DNA from: Chiloscyllium plagiosum
Taxonomy: Eukaryota
Length of the DNA stretch: 44,505 nucleotides
Reading direction: 5' to 3'
Assembly (NCBI RefSeq): GCF_004010195.1
Contig: NC_057757.1
Location: forward strand, 4,710,428 to 4,754,932
The notes below the pieces were generated by a model. The model did no database searches and was not told the DNA's origin. It saw only the letters and a program-made list of their open reading frames with translations. Of this stretch, positions 25,601 through 37,600 are shown piece by piece. The position numbers and the translations under genes were made by a program. How positions within the stretch are numbered: the first letter of the stretch is position 1; each line of letters starts with the position of its first letter.

Positions 25601-28600
25601 AAAATGTGATCTTAGAAAGCTCACTCACATGGTGATCACTGTTGATTGACATTAAGGTTCATCTGGGTCACTAATTCCTTTCAGGAAAGGATATCGACTG
25701 TCCTATACAAGGTGACTCTATGATCAAAGGATTAGGTAGGATGGACAGTGAGAGCCTTTTTCCTTGGATGGTGATGGCTAGCATGTGGGGAAATAGCTTT
25801 GAATTGAAGGGTGATAGATCTAGAACAAATGTCAGAGGGTAGGGTCTTCACTCAGAGAGTAGTCGGGGTGTGGAATGCCCTGCCTGTAACAGAATGAGAC
25901 TCACCAACTTTAAGGGCATTTAAATGGTCATTGGATAAACATATTGTTGGAGAAATTAGCCCAATAAAACAGAGATCACAAAACACAGATCGAAGTGAAA
26001 TTAACTGTTTATTAACACAGCGATATTGCGGAAGAGAAATTGGCTAAGCTAAAACAGCACAGACAGTCTGTCTGGGTAGCCGGAATTCTCTTCCTCGAGC
26101 TGAAAATCAAGCCAGGTTTTATAGGAATCTTGTCCAATGATGTTAATTAAAAATAGGGAAAATGCAATGTATTTGATAATTAAGTAATCCAGTTATAATG
26201 GTGATCACTGCAAAGCAGTTATCAGAAGAATGTCCTGATTGTAGATACAATGAAGCATCCTGGCAGCATCACACAGTTTTTAACGGGATCAGGAGATTCC
26301 AGCTCTCTTTGAGGGTAGGTGAGAATGTTCCTTTTAAAGCAGCAAGTTGTTTCCATTGTTTCCCTCCTGTGAGCGAGGTATTCTGATGCCTCTCTGTCTG
26401 ACCTGTCCTTTGTGTGACTTTGGTATCACTGGGGTATGAGATTGCCCTTAGGGCTTTGGGACAGCTGTGTTGATTGGGTCCAAGAAGCTTATTGTTAGTT
26501 TGTCTTGGGAAGGGTATTCCCTGGTCTGTGAGTGACTATGGTCATGTCTGGTTTCCCTTGTCAGCTTGTTTGGTCAAGGCTGAGGTATTCTGGATGTTAC
26601 TTGTATGGTTTAGACAGGCTTGATTTCCTATGTTCCCTGTGGCCATGCTGTGGGTAGGCAGGGTGGCAGATCTTTTCCCACACATTTGGATGATCATTGA
26701 ATAGTATAGGTTAGATGGGCTTCAGATTGGTTTCACAGGTCGGCACAACATCGAGGGCTGAAGGGCCTGTGTTGTGCTGTAATGTTCTATGTCCTTACCT
26801 GGTCTGGCCTACACTTGACTGCAGACCCACAACTATGTGATTGAATTTTAATTTCAGAGGACATGGCTGGAGGCCAAACAGAACTCAAGAGATGGTGGTG
26901 AGTGACTTGGTGTAAGTGTAAATAAAGCAAGGCTTTGGGTTGAATTTTTATTGATGGAACTTGAGGCCAGGCAGAACAGCATTGGGATTCAGCAATTATA
27001 AGATGATCCACATTGATATTGTATTCAGACAGTGCCTGATTGTATAACCATTCCTGTTTGTGCTTGTTTCAGAATGAAAATATCTATATTGTCAATTATG
27101 AGATCTTGGATGGAATTCCTGCCAATGTAATTGAAGGTGTGCAGCAGTACACTGCAGCACCTATTTGCCTGCTTTACCGTAATGAACAGAACTACATGAT
27201 ACCCATTGCTATCCAGGTAGGATCTGTAGACTCACATTACTTCTTATTTTATGAGCAATTACCACTGTAGACCACCATATTGTGTGAGAAATCCTAACCG
27301 CTATCACTATGTTGTATGAGGCTGACTTCCCATTTTTGTTGACCTTGGGCTGAGTATGCTGGTATTCATCAAAGATCTTCACCTTCCAAATCCATGACCA
27401 CTACCACCTAGAAGGACAAGGGCAGGAGATTCATGGGAACTCCACCACCAACTTCAAGTTCCCCTCCAAGCTACCCACCATCCTGACTTGGAAGTATATT
27501 GCCATTCCTTCATTGTCACTGGATCAAAATCCTGGAATTCCCTCCCTAATGGCATTGTGGGGTAACCCAAAGCAGGTGGACTATACCTGTTCAAGAAGGT
27601 AGCTTACCACCATCTTCTCAAAAGCAACTAGGAATGGGCAATAAATGTTGGCCAGCCAGTGACACCCATATTCCACAAAATCAATAATTAAAAAATAATC
27701 GACAGTGTCCACTTGGTCTTGTGTGGCAGAAGAAAACTATTTTGTTGTCTAACTAAGAGAGATTCTTGGCTTTAACAAGATGAAATTTATTCCATGTTAG
27801 CAAATAAGTATGAAAAGTACAATAGACATTTAAAAGGCATCTGGATGGATACATGATAAGGGTTTAAAAGCATAAATTGCTGGGAAAGCTCAGCAGGTCT
27901 CGCAGCATTGTGGAGAGAAATCAGAGTCAACATTTCGGGTCAAGTGACCCTTCTGAGGATCTGTTTCTGTTTTGGATTTTGTTTCTGATTTATAGCATCC
28001 ATAGTTCTTTTGGATTTTATTGAGAATTTAGAGGGATATGGGCCAAATGATGGCAAATGGGACTAGATTGGTTTGGGATATCCGTTCAGCGTGTACCAAA
28101 GACCAAAGGGTCTGTTTCTGTGCTGTGCAACTCTATGGCTCTATGGTTTCAACCAACAGAGATCTGCCTCTGGATGTTTCCAGGATTCAGTCCTTCTGCA
28201 GTGTTGTTCTTTGAAATTCTGCTGTTGAGTTGTTCTGGTGTTGGATTCTTGCACAGTTTTCTCCCTTTCAAGTTTGCAGTGTAACATTATTGATACCCTT
28301 TAGATTCTTTCACCCCCAACATTGAATACACCTTCAGAGACTTGAAATCTGCAGCTTGCCTTCTTATTAAAAATAGCTCCTTTATTCCTTGTTATAAAGC
28401 TTTCCGTTTAAAACACAGCTTTTCTTTCTGCAATTAACCCCTTTACTTCAGAACATTACTTCTGCAGGCATTTGACATGAGGCAGCAGATTATCAAATAG
28501 GTGTTATCTCCTCTCTCCCTGGAAACAGTTTGTGTTGTTTTTGTAGCTTCTTCATCCCCAGGAATGGTTAATTCACATGTTGCTGCAACTTCTTTTTATA

Positions 28601-31600
28601 AATAATTTCTCAATATTCCGTTCATCTCAAGAAACAGTTTAACCAAAAAGGAGTTATTGCTGCTTCTTTCAATCAATGTGTAGTAGTTTTTGTTTGATAA
28701 TTCTTTCCAATCCATGAACAGTTATAAAAAGTTTGAAGTGTATATTGTCACAGTCCCTTTCATTATGATGTTCCTCGTTGGGTTCATCTCAGTCAGGCAG
28801 TGGTAGATAATTGATCCACATTAAGTTCTAGTTTCAGGGGTTACCTCATACACCTCCTTAGGGTGTGTGAACAATATAAGATCACTGCTGGTCTGCAGCT
28901 CCTCGAATGACCATATGTTTCTTGCTAAGATCTTCTATCCACACTTGTTGGCTTGCACACAAGTATGTCAATCATATCTCATGGTGACGCCTACTGTAGT
29001 GTGATGCATGCATTGAAATTGTTCCTCCCCACATACAGATTGGTAGTCCAAAGAGCACATCTGCGGAGATTTGGTTGTATCGGGAACTGACTCTTTGACT
29101 TGCTGCCCACCAGCAACTCTGGTGGTGATAGGCTAATTGGAGTGGGATGGCTTGGTAACATAACAATGCTGTGTCAAAGTCAGCATTTCTTTTCAAAAGT
29201 GACCTGATTGTTTGGAGCCCACCTGTTTGTTTGTGGTTATTTCAGTGGGCTCATGTGACACTCAGATTCAGAACTGGCAGCAGACTGGCTGAAGCACACA
29301 TTAGTAAAATGTGTTCTATCAATGTGCTTTGCAAATACTTCCTGCAAGACCCTGATGATCACATCCATGGTGGTGGTACATAACATCCTCACCTCAATCC
29401 ATTAATTAATCAATAGTTACAAGACAAGACTTCCAATTAAAAATGAATAGGTCTGTGCTCATAAATGCCTATGGTCTTGCAGGGCAAATGCCAGGTATTA
29501 CTGTCTCTCATTGCTGTGGCTTGTGACTAATTCAAACTTCTCAGTCTGCTCTGAGATCTTCCAACTCTTTGGAGATCTCGGAACACCATGCTGCTGACTG
29601 CACTTGGTAATCCCCAATAGTCCCTGGCAAAGTTCCTGTCGAAGTGAGGGTGGAACAACCACCCGCTCACTACAAATGAGTAAGATGGCCAAGATCATGA
29701 AATGCTGTCGGTGCTCAACATACGTTTCCATGGCCAACCCAGTAGACATTTAGTTTGTCCAACTTCTTTTCAGTGAATGGTAACATACTCTTGATCTCTC
29801 ATCCCCATATTCAGTGGCTGCCAATTGAAGCAAAAGTTTGGTTTACCATCCATAAAAATATTTGTAAGTCACAAACTGACTTCAGAGTAGTACATGCCTT
29901 GTTTTGCCTTTGGTTTTCCATAAGTCTGCCATTATTCTATTGTTGTTGACAACGAGTGCCAAGATGTGAACTGAAGAATGTCTTTGAAGAGTTCATACTT
30001 GTATTGTTGTGAATGAGGCTTTCTGCCTACGTGTATTTTAAGAATGTGTCTACACTCTGATGATGCTTCTCCACTGTTTACCCATGTACCACCATGTCAT
30101 CCAAATGGTATGTCTCTTCTTGAAGACCTTGCAAAAGACTGCATGTAGTCTTTTGAAACATCTCTGGAGGTGAGGCAATCCCAAATGGTGATCTGTTGAA
30201 GCTGAAACTCCCAAATGCAGTAACAAAAATGGCACAAGCCGAAACTAATGCTTACATTGTGTTTCTGAAAGGGTCTACATTTAAATAATTTAGCCAACTT
30301 TTCTTTTAAATTCACTCATAGAATGCGGGTGCCCTTCCCTACAGTGTGGAAACAGGCCATTTGGCCCAACAGGTACACACTGACCTTCCAAAGAGTAACC
30401 CACCCAGACCCATTTCCCTACTTCTATCCTGACTAATGCACCTGACATTATGGGCAATTTAGCATGGCCAATTCACCTGACCTGCACCTCCCACCTGACT
30501 GTGGGAGGAAACTGGAGCAAACCCACGGGGAGAATGTGCAAACTCCACACAGACAGGCACCCAAAGTGGGAATCGAACCCGGGTTCCTGGTGTGGTGAGG
30601 CAGCAGTGCTAACCACTGAGCCACCGTGCTGCCCAGCATTGATTGCCAATCCCTACTTGCACAGAGGGCAGTTAAGAGTCAACCACATTAGTGTGGGTCT
30701 AGAGTCACGTGTAGGCCAGACAGGATCAGAATAGCAGATTTCCTTCCCAAACAGATATCATTGAGCAAGAAAGATTTTTCCAATGATCAGCAATGATCTC
30801 ATGTTCATCATTACACCTTCAATTCCAGGTTCTTTATTGAATTCAAGGTCCACCATCTGCCATGGTAGGATTTGAATCCAGGTCCCCAGTATTAATAGCC
30901 TAGTGATAGTACCACTAAGTCATTGGCTCCTCATCATTCTCCAGTCTCACCGACAGTAGACATAGGATAGATGTGTCTGAACACCACCCCATTGAGCTGT
31001 GATGTCAACATGAATTTGGATGGATCCGTTGGATTTGGGTATAGTAACTTTTCTTTTAAATTCACTCATAGAATGCGGGTGCCCTTCCCTACAGTGTGGA
31101 AACAGGCCATTTGGCCCAACAGGTCCACACTGACCTTCCGAAGAGTAACCCACCCAGACCCATTTCCCTACTTCTATCCTGACTAATACACCTGACATTA
31201 TGGGCAATTTAGCATGGCCAATTCACCTGACCTGCACCTCCCCCCTGACTGTGGGAGGAAACTGGAGCAAACCCACGGGGACAATGTGCAAACTCCATAC
31301 AGACAGGCACCCAAAGTGGGAATCAAACCCGGGTTCCTGGTGTGGTGAGGCAGCAGTGCTAACCACTGAGCCACCGTGCCGCCCAGCATTGATTGCCAAT
31401 CCCTACTTGCACAGAGGGCAGTTAAGAGTCAACCACATTAGTGTGGGTCTAGAGTCACGTGTAGGCCAAACAGGATCAGAATAGCAGATTTCCTTCCCAA
31501 ACAGATATCATTGAGCAAGAAAGATTTTTCCAATAATCAGCAATGATCTCATGTTCATCATTACACCTTCAATTCCAGGTTCTTTATTGAATTCAAGGTC

Positions 31601-34600
31601 CACCATCTGCCATGGTAGGATTTGAATCCAGGTCCCCAGTAATAATAGCCTAGTGATAGTACCACTAAGTCATTGGCTCCTCTTCATTTTCCAGTCTCAC
31701 CGACAGTAGACATAGGATAGATGTGTCTGAACACCACCCCATTGAGCTGTGATGTCAACATGAATTTGGATGGATCCGTTGGATTTGGGTATAGTCATTG
31801 TCCTTGAGCATCAACTGATTGGGTTCCTAAATAGGGTCTATGCCATATCCATTCTAAACATCCATTCTAATTCTTGCATGCTATGTCTCAATTTTCTTTC
31901 ATTAATGGATGTGGAATGTTCCTGGGTCCATCAGTGTGATGCTGCATTCAAGGGTTTGAAGGGATATGGGCTGGGTGCTGGCAGGTGGGACTAGATTGGG
32001 TTGGGGTATCTGGTCGGCATGGACGGGATATCTGGTGGGGTTGGACCGTAGGGTCTGTTTCCGTGCAGTACATCTCTATGACTCAATGTTCAATTATTTT
32101 GGGTATTCCTGTTAAAAAAAATCTCAACTCTGTTTGAGTAGGGTATTTGGTCCTCTGAGCCTGCTCCGCCATTCAACAGGATCTCAATTGATCATCTAAC
32201 CCAACTGTTCCCTGTTCCCACTTTTCTCTTATACCTTGTGATCCTGTTAGCTCTAAGAGCTAACTTTCTTCTTCTGTTAGACCTTGTCTGCTTCTGCTTC
32301 AAACTTGCCTCTTTACTAATTTAATTCAGGCTTCTGCTTCTGTTTTTTTATTGCCCTCACTATAAATGTAATTTCCCTTACTGTGGCTGTCCCTATGGCA
32401 TAGATACGTGAACTTATGCTGTAGGTACTGTTCTTAACTTTAAGCTTTCCCAGTCTGTAATTCTGCATAATTTTTTTTTAAAAATTCCCTTGCCCACCAA
32501 TATTTTTAACTTTACTCACAAACTCTGAGATGTCTCTTTACTCCCCAGCTGAAAGGTGATTTGGAAGGCTTCTATAGATTACTGGTATTTGATGCCATCT
32601 GTAACTGCATTGGATTGACTAATACTCCAGCTCCAAGGAGTTCCTAATTCTCCTGCTTCTGTGCTTCTCTTACTAGGTCTGAACTTTCTGTAATCCTTTC
32701 AAACACTTATAACTATATAAACCAATTCCTAATCCATCATCTTCCCCTTTCGTTGTCCTTGTTCACCCATGTTCATGTAACTGTCTGGAAAGCAGAGCAA
32801 CATCTCTACTTCCTCAGGTGGCTAAGGAAATTTGGCATGTCCATAAAGACTTACCAATTTTCATAATGCACCATGGAAAACATTCTATCCAGATACACCA
32901 TGGCTTGGAATGGCAACTGCTGTATCCTGGACTGTAAGAAACTACGAGGAGAAAGTGAGGTCTGCAGATGCTGGAGATCAGAGCTGAAAATGTGTTGCTG
33001 GAAAAGCGCAGCAGGTCAGGCAGCATCCAGGGAACAGGAGAATCGACGTTTCGGGCATAAGCCCTTCTTCAGGAAAGGTCTGAAGAAGGGCTTATGCCCG
33101 AAACGTCGATTCTCCTGTTCCCTGGATGCTGCCTGACCTGCTGCGCTTTTCCAGCAACACATTTTCAGCTGTAAGAAACTACAGAGAGTTGTAAACACAA
33201 CCCAGACCATCAGACAAGACAATCGTCCATCCATTGACTCCATCTACACTTCCCGTTGCCTCAGAAAGGCAGCCAACATCATCAAAGAGCCCTCCAATTC
33301 CGGTTATAATCTCTTCCAAACCTCTTCCATTAGGCAGAAGATATAAAAGCTTAAACACATTTACCAACAGATTCAAGAACAGCTTCTTCCCTGTTATTAT
33401 CAGATGTCTGAATGGACCTCTCAAAGTTTAAATTTACTGTCGGTCTCACTCTTTGTGTACCTTCTCTGCAGCCATAACATTGTATTTCTTGCTCTATCCT
33501 ATTACTCTTATGCATTTTGTATAGCATGACCTGCCTGTGCTGCATGCAAAACAAAACTGTACTGTGTACCTAGGTACATGTGACAATAGTAAATCAAATC
33601 AAATCAAAATTCTTTCATATGTCTAGCAGTATAGCTTTGATAACTGTGCTTCTTCAATTCTAACCTTTTATATTCCTGGTTTTAACGTTTACATTATATT
33701 CCATGCAACAAATTTATAGATAAACTAAGAATTGATAATTTGCATGAGCAGATCCCCCAAAAGACCTGTAGCTCCATGAGTTGGGTTTGGAAGATAAGAC
33801 ACAAAGTCACTCAATGAGGCATTAGAAATGGCTTTAGAGATATACTAGTACATTCTGCTTAAAAACAGACAACTACCACTACAAATCATTGGTTCAGTTC
33901 CTCAGACATTTGCTGCTGTACAAACGGCACAGATTATCACCTGTAAGAACTGACTCATTGTTGGTGCCCTGTGTGAACAATGTCTGTGACTTAGAATTCA
34001 CACCCATGATATAATCAACTCCTTTTGAAAAATATGTCCTGCCAAATTTGTTGATCATTACTTCACATTAGCTAACATATTTCATCTGTTTAGTGACATA
34101 TCTCAGACACCATTTGCTTCTTACAAACACGCCTGATGAACGATCTGGTGCAACATCAACTTTAACAGTTTCATCCTTGTTTCTAATAGCCTCATGCTTT
34201 CCTATTACTGTAACCTTATCCAGCCTTCAAGATCTCCATTGTTCTCCAACTCTGGCCTCATTTGCATCCCTGATTTCGCATACCCACTGCAGGCCATTCT
34301 GCCTGGATCCCAAGCTCTGAAATTCCCACCTTAAAATCCATCCACCTTTCCATACCATAATGTATGATACATAAGCTTCCTGATGCTCCATATTCATCTT
34401 TCTTGTTGCTTACAGCTGAAGCAGACCCCGGGAGAAGACAATCCCATTTTCCTTCCCTCGGATGCTGAGCTCGACTGGATGCTGGCCAAGATGTGGGTGC
34501 GGAGCTGTGATTTTCAACATTTTGAGTTGGTCTCCCACCTTCTGAAAACTCACCTGATTGCTGAGACATTCAGCATGGCCACTCTCAGGCAACTGCCGTC

Positions 34601-37600
34601 CGTGCACCCCATTTACAAGGTACAAAGCATGAGGAAGAATGTGACTCCATTTTAATCCAGGGAAATTGCAGCTGGTGATAGCGGCTAAACTGATGGTGGG
34701 AATGTCATCGAATCCTGATCTGTGCACCGTAGAATCAAAGGAATTTACAGCAGGGAATGGGGCCATTTGGCCCATTGTGTCCTTTCCATCCGATAAGGAG
34801 CCATCAAACCTAATCCTACTTTCCAGCTCTTGGTCTCTAACCATGTTGGTTAGGGCTCTTCATGTGGATATCCTAATACTTGTTGAATGTTATGAACATT
34901 TCTGCCTCTACTACCCTTTTAAGCAGTGAATTCCAGACCCTGCAGCGAAACATTTCCCCTTGAAATCACTGTGACTCACTGACTACTTATCTTAAAACCA
35001 TGGCCCCTTTTTATTGACCCTTTAACCATGGGGAACAGGCCTTTCCAATCCCTTCAATCTTGGTCCAACAGAGTTTTTAGACTTCAGAGTAGGATTTCTC
35101 CAGCCTCTTCTATTCCAAAAAAAAATCAAGCCTAGACTATGCAAGCTTTCTTCATCACTGAAATTCTCCAGTCCAATCAATATTTGTGTAAAATCTCCTC
35201 TACACTACTTCAAGCTTTTAAACATTTATTCTTCTGATCTTAGCATTGTCGGCTAGGTCAGCATTTATTGCACACTCTTAATTGCATTGTAAAAAATAGT
35301 GGTTAGCTGCTTTCTTGAACCGCTGCAGACTGTGTGGTATACCTATGTTCTTATCTCCCAGGCTGTGAATTGCAAACATTCACTACCATTTTTGGATATT
35401 ACAAATGTTATGTTTCCATTTTAGCTGCTGGCTCCTCATGTGAAGTACACGATGCATATCAACACCGTTGCTAGAATAAAACTGATAGGCAATAATGGAT
35501 ATATCAGCCAAGTGAGTTCTGATTTATGTAATCTCTCAGTTCTGAGTCTTTAATTGCAACTCACATAAATTCTAATTCATTTGTGCTTATTCAAGTGAAA
35601 GATATTAAGCTAAGGCTTGGATTAGCGATGTTTGAGTTTCACTGTAACTAATCCAGTGAAAATGTAATGTGCAGAATTTTCACATGGTTATGGCTTTGTC
35701 TAGTGTTTTAATGGGACTTGCATTAGCTCTGGAATCTCAGGCCTGTTTGTGCATGGGTGCATGTCAATGATTGAGTTAAAAGTGTTATTCTGGAACACCA
35801 AAGATAACTCACCTGCTCTTCTCTAAAATCATAGCCATGGGATATTCTACATCCTCTGGAGAGGCAGATACAACCTGAGTTCAATATTTCACCTGAAAGA
35901 TGGTGCCGTTATGTTGAACATTCAGCACTCTCTCAGTTCTGTGATCTGGGAATGTCAGCCTATATGCAAACCTCTGGAGTAAGACTTAACCTCATCACTG
36001 TTTGATTCAGACCAAGTGTTCCCCATTGAGCCATGGCTGACTCACCATCACAGGTTTCTTCCTTTTTTCTCAGCTTTGTATTTGGGTTAGAAACATACCC
36101 TGTGATGAAGCAGATGATAAGTAACAAAATCAGAAATTGCTGGAAAAACTCAGCAGGGTCTGGAAGCATCTGGAGAGAGAAAGCAGAGTTAATGTTTATA
36201 GTACAGTGACAATAGCAATGAGGTGGCCTTCAGTTATGAAGAAGGGTCACTGGACATGAAACATTGACTCTCCTTTCTCTATCCACAGATGCTAGCAGAC
36301 CTGCTGAGTTTCTCCAGCAATTTCGGTTTTTGTTCCTGATTTCCAGCATTTTCAGTTCTTTGGTTGTTCACATAGTAAGTGATCCTATTATGTATGAGTG
36401 CCTTGTGACTGTTAGCTTTCCGTTTTGCCTTTGTGACAGTGTGCAACGTAGGTACAAGTTTGTTGAATGCTAAATCGCTTTCAATATGTCTTCTGCTTAT
36501 TTAAACCAGGCCACCTCTTGTTGTCATCTTTAGGCTTACACGTCACTTTCTCAGAAACATAATCCAAACAAACCTTAGAGGCCAGTGTCTATCCAGGAGC
36601 TGCGTTAATCAATGCTGGTTCTGCCAATAAATGGGATTTAATCTGTCTCTTATTTTCCAAAGATGTTTGGTGTCAAAGAAGATGATTTTCATTTGCTGTG
36701 TTCAAAAGCCTTTCAAAGGCTAACATACCGGTCACTGTGTCTGCCAGAAAACCTGAAGGACCGTGGAGTCACAGAACTCAAAGGGTATTGTTACATGGAT
36801 GATGGCCTGCTCCTATGGAGAGCGATTCATGAGTAAGTGATAATTTTGATTGTTCTAATGACGGGAATGCTCTCAGGGCAGTGTCTCATCAATCTTCTGG
36901 CACATGCAAAACCCCTCGACAATCAGTAACCCTGTTGAACACATCAGAGTCAAATCTCCAGGAACAGTTCCAGCTTAGAAGTGTAGGTGGCCTGAAATAA
37001 CTCTGTTTATGTCTGTCAGCCAAGGCTCCCTGATTGGCCCAGGTTAACAACCCCAATCAGGGATCTACATCTACATCAGATGCTACATCAGTTCCTTCAG
37101 CAGATGGTGGTGCAGTTTGAGTAATTTTATGTCAGTCACTGCAGCTACAGAGGCCAAAGTGCGAAGATATATCTGGTTCGTAGTGGTCACGTTCACATTG
37201 GCTCATTTACCTGTTCACTTCAATAGACACTCTTGAGTCCGTGGAAACATCTTTGATTGAAACAGTACTTTTCTCAACAGAGTGTCTTGGAGTTTAGCAA
37301 ATCATATTACATGTCCCAGTACATTTTCAATTTCAGCAGCCTCAGCATCACTGTGAAGAGAAAGTGTGTCTGTGTTCAACATCACATTCCATCTGCCATG
37401 GCCTTGCCTACTCACTTGGCCTGTTGATATTCCCTTGAAATGTCTTTGCAACAATTCACACTCCCTGTCCAATTTTGTGTCATCATCAGATTTGGAAATC
37501 TTACATTTGCTCCCTTCATCTGAATCATCAATATAGATTATGAACATTCTGGATCAAATCACTAATCTTTATATTAACCAACTGGTTACAGCCTGCCAAC

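Larger units (their letters stand above)
32790..33608 (+). mobile_element. Rex1/Babar-type LINE 3' fragment
   Basis: [13 protein letters not shown]...[11 protein letters not shown]...KKLQRVV...[10 protein letters not shown]; (AAATC)n tail; interrupted at 32946-33168. Confidence 0.8.

Noticed and set aside
32814..33243. Identical peptide [12 protein letters not shown]... on both strands
   Set aside because: It is a direct consequence of the perfect inverted repeat, not a gene pair.
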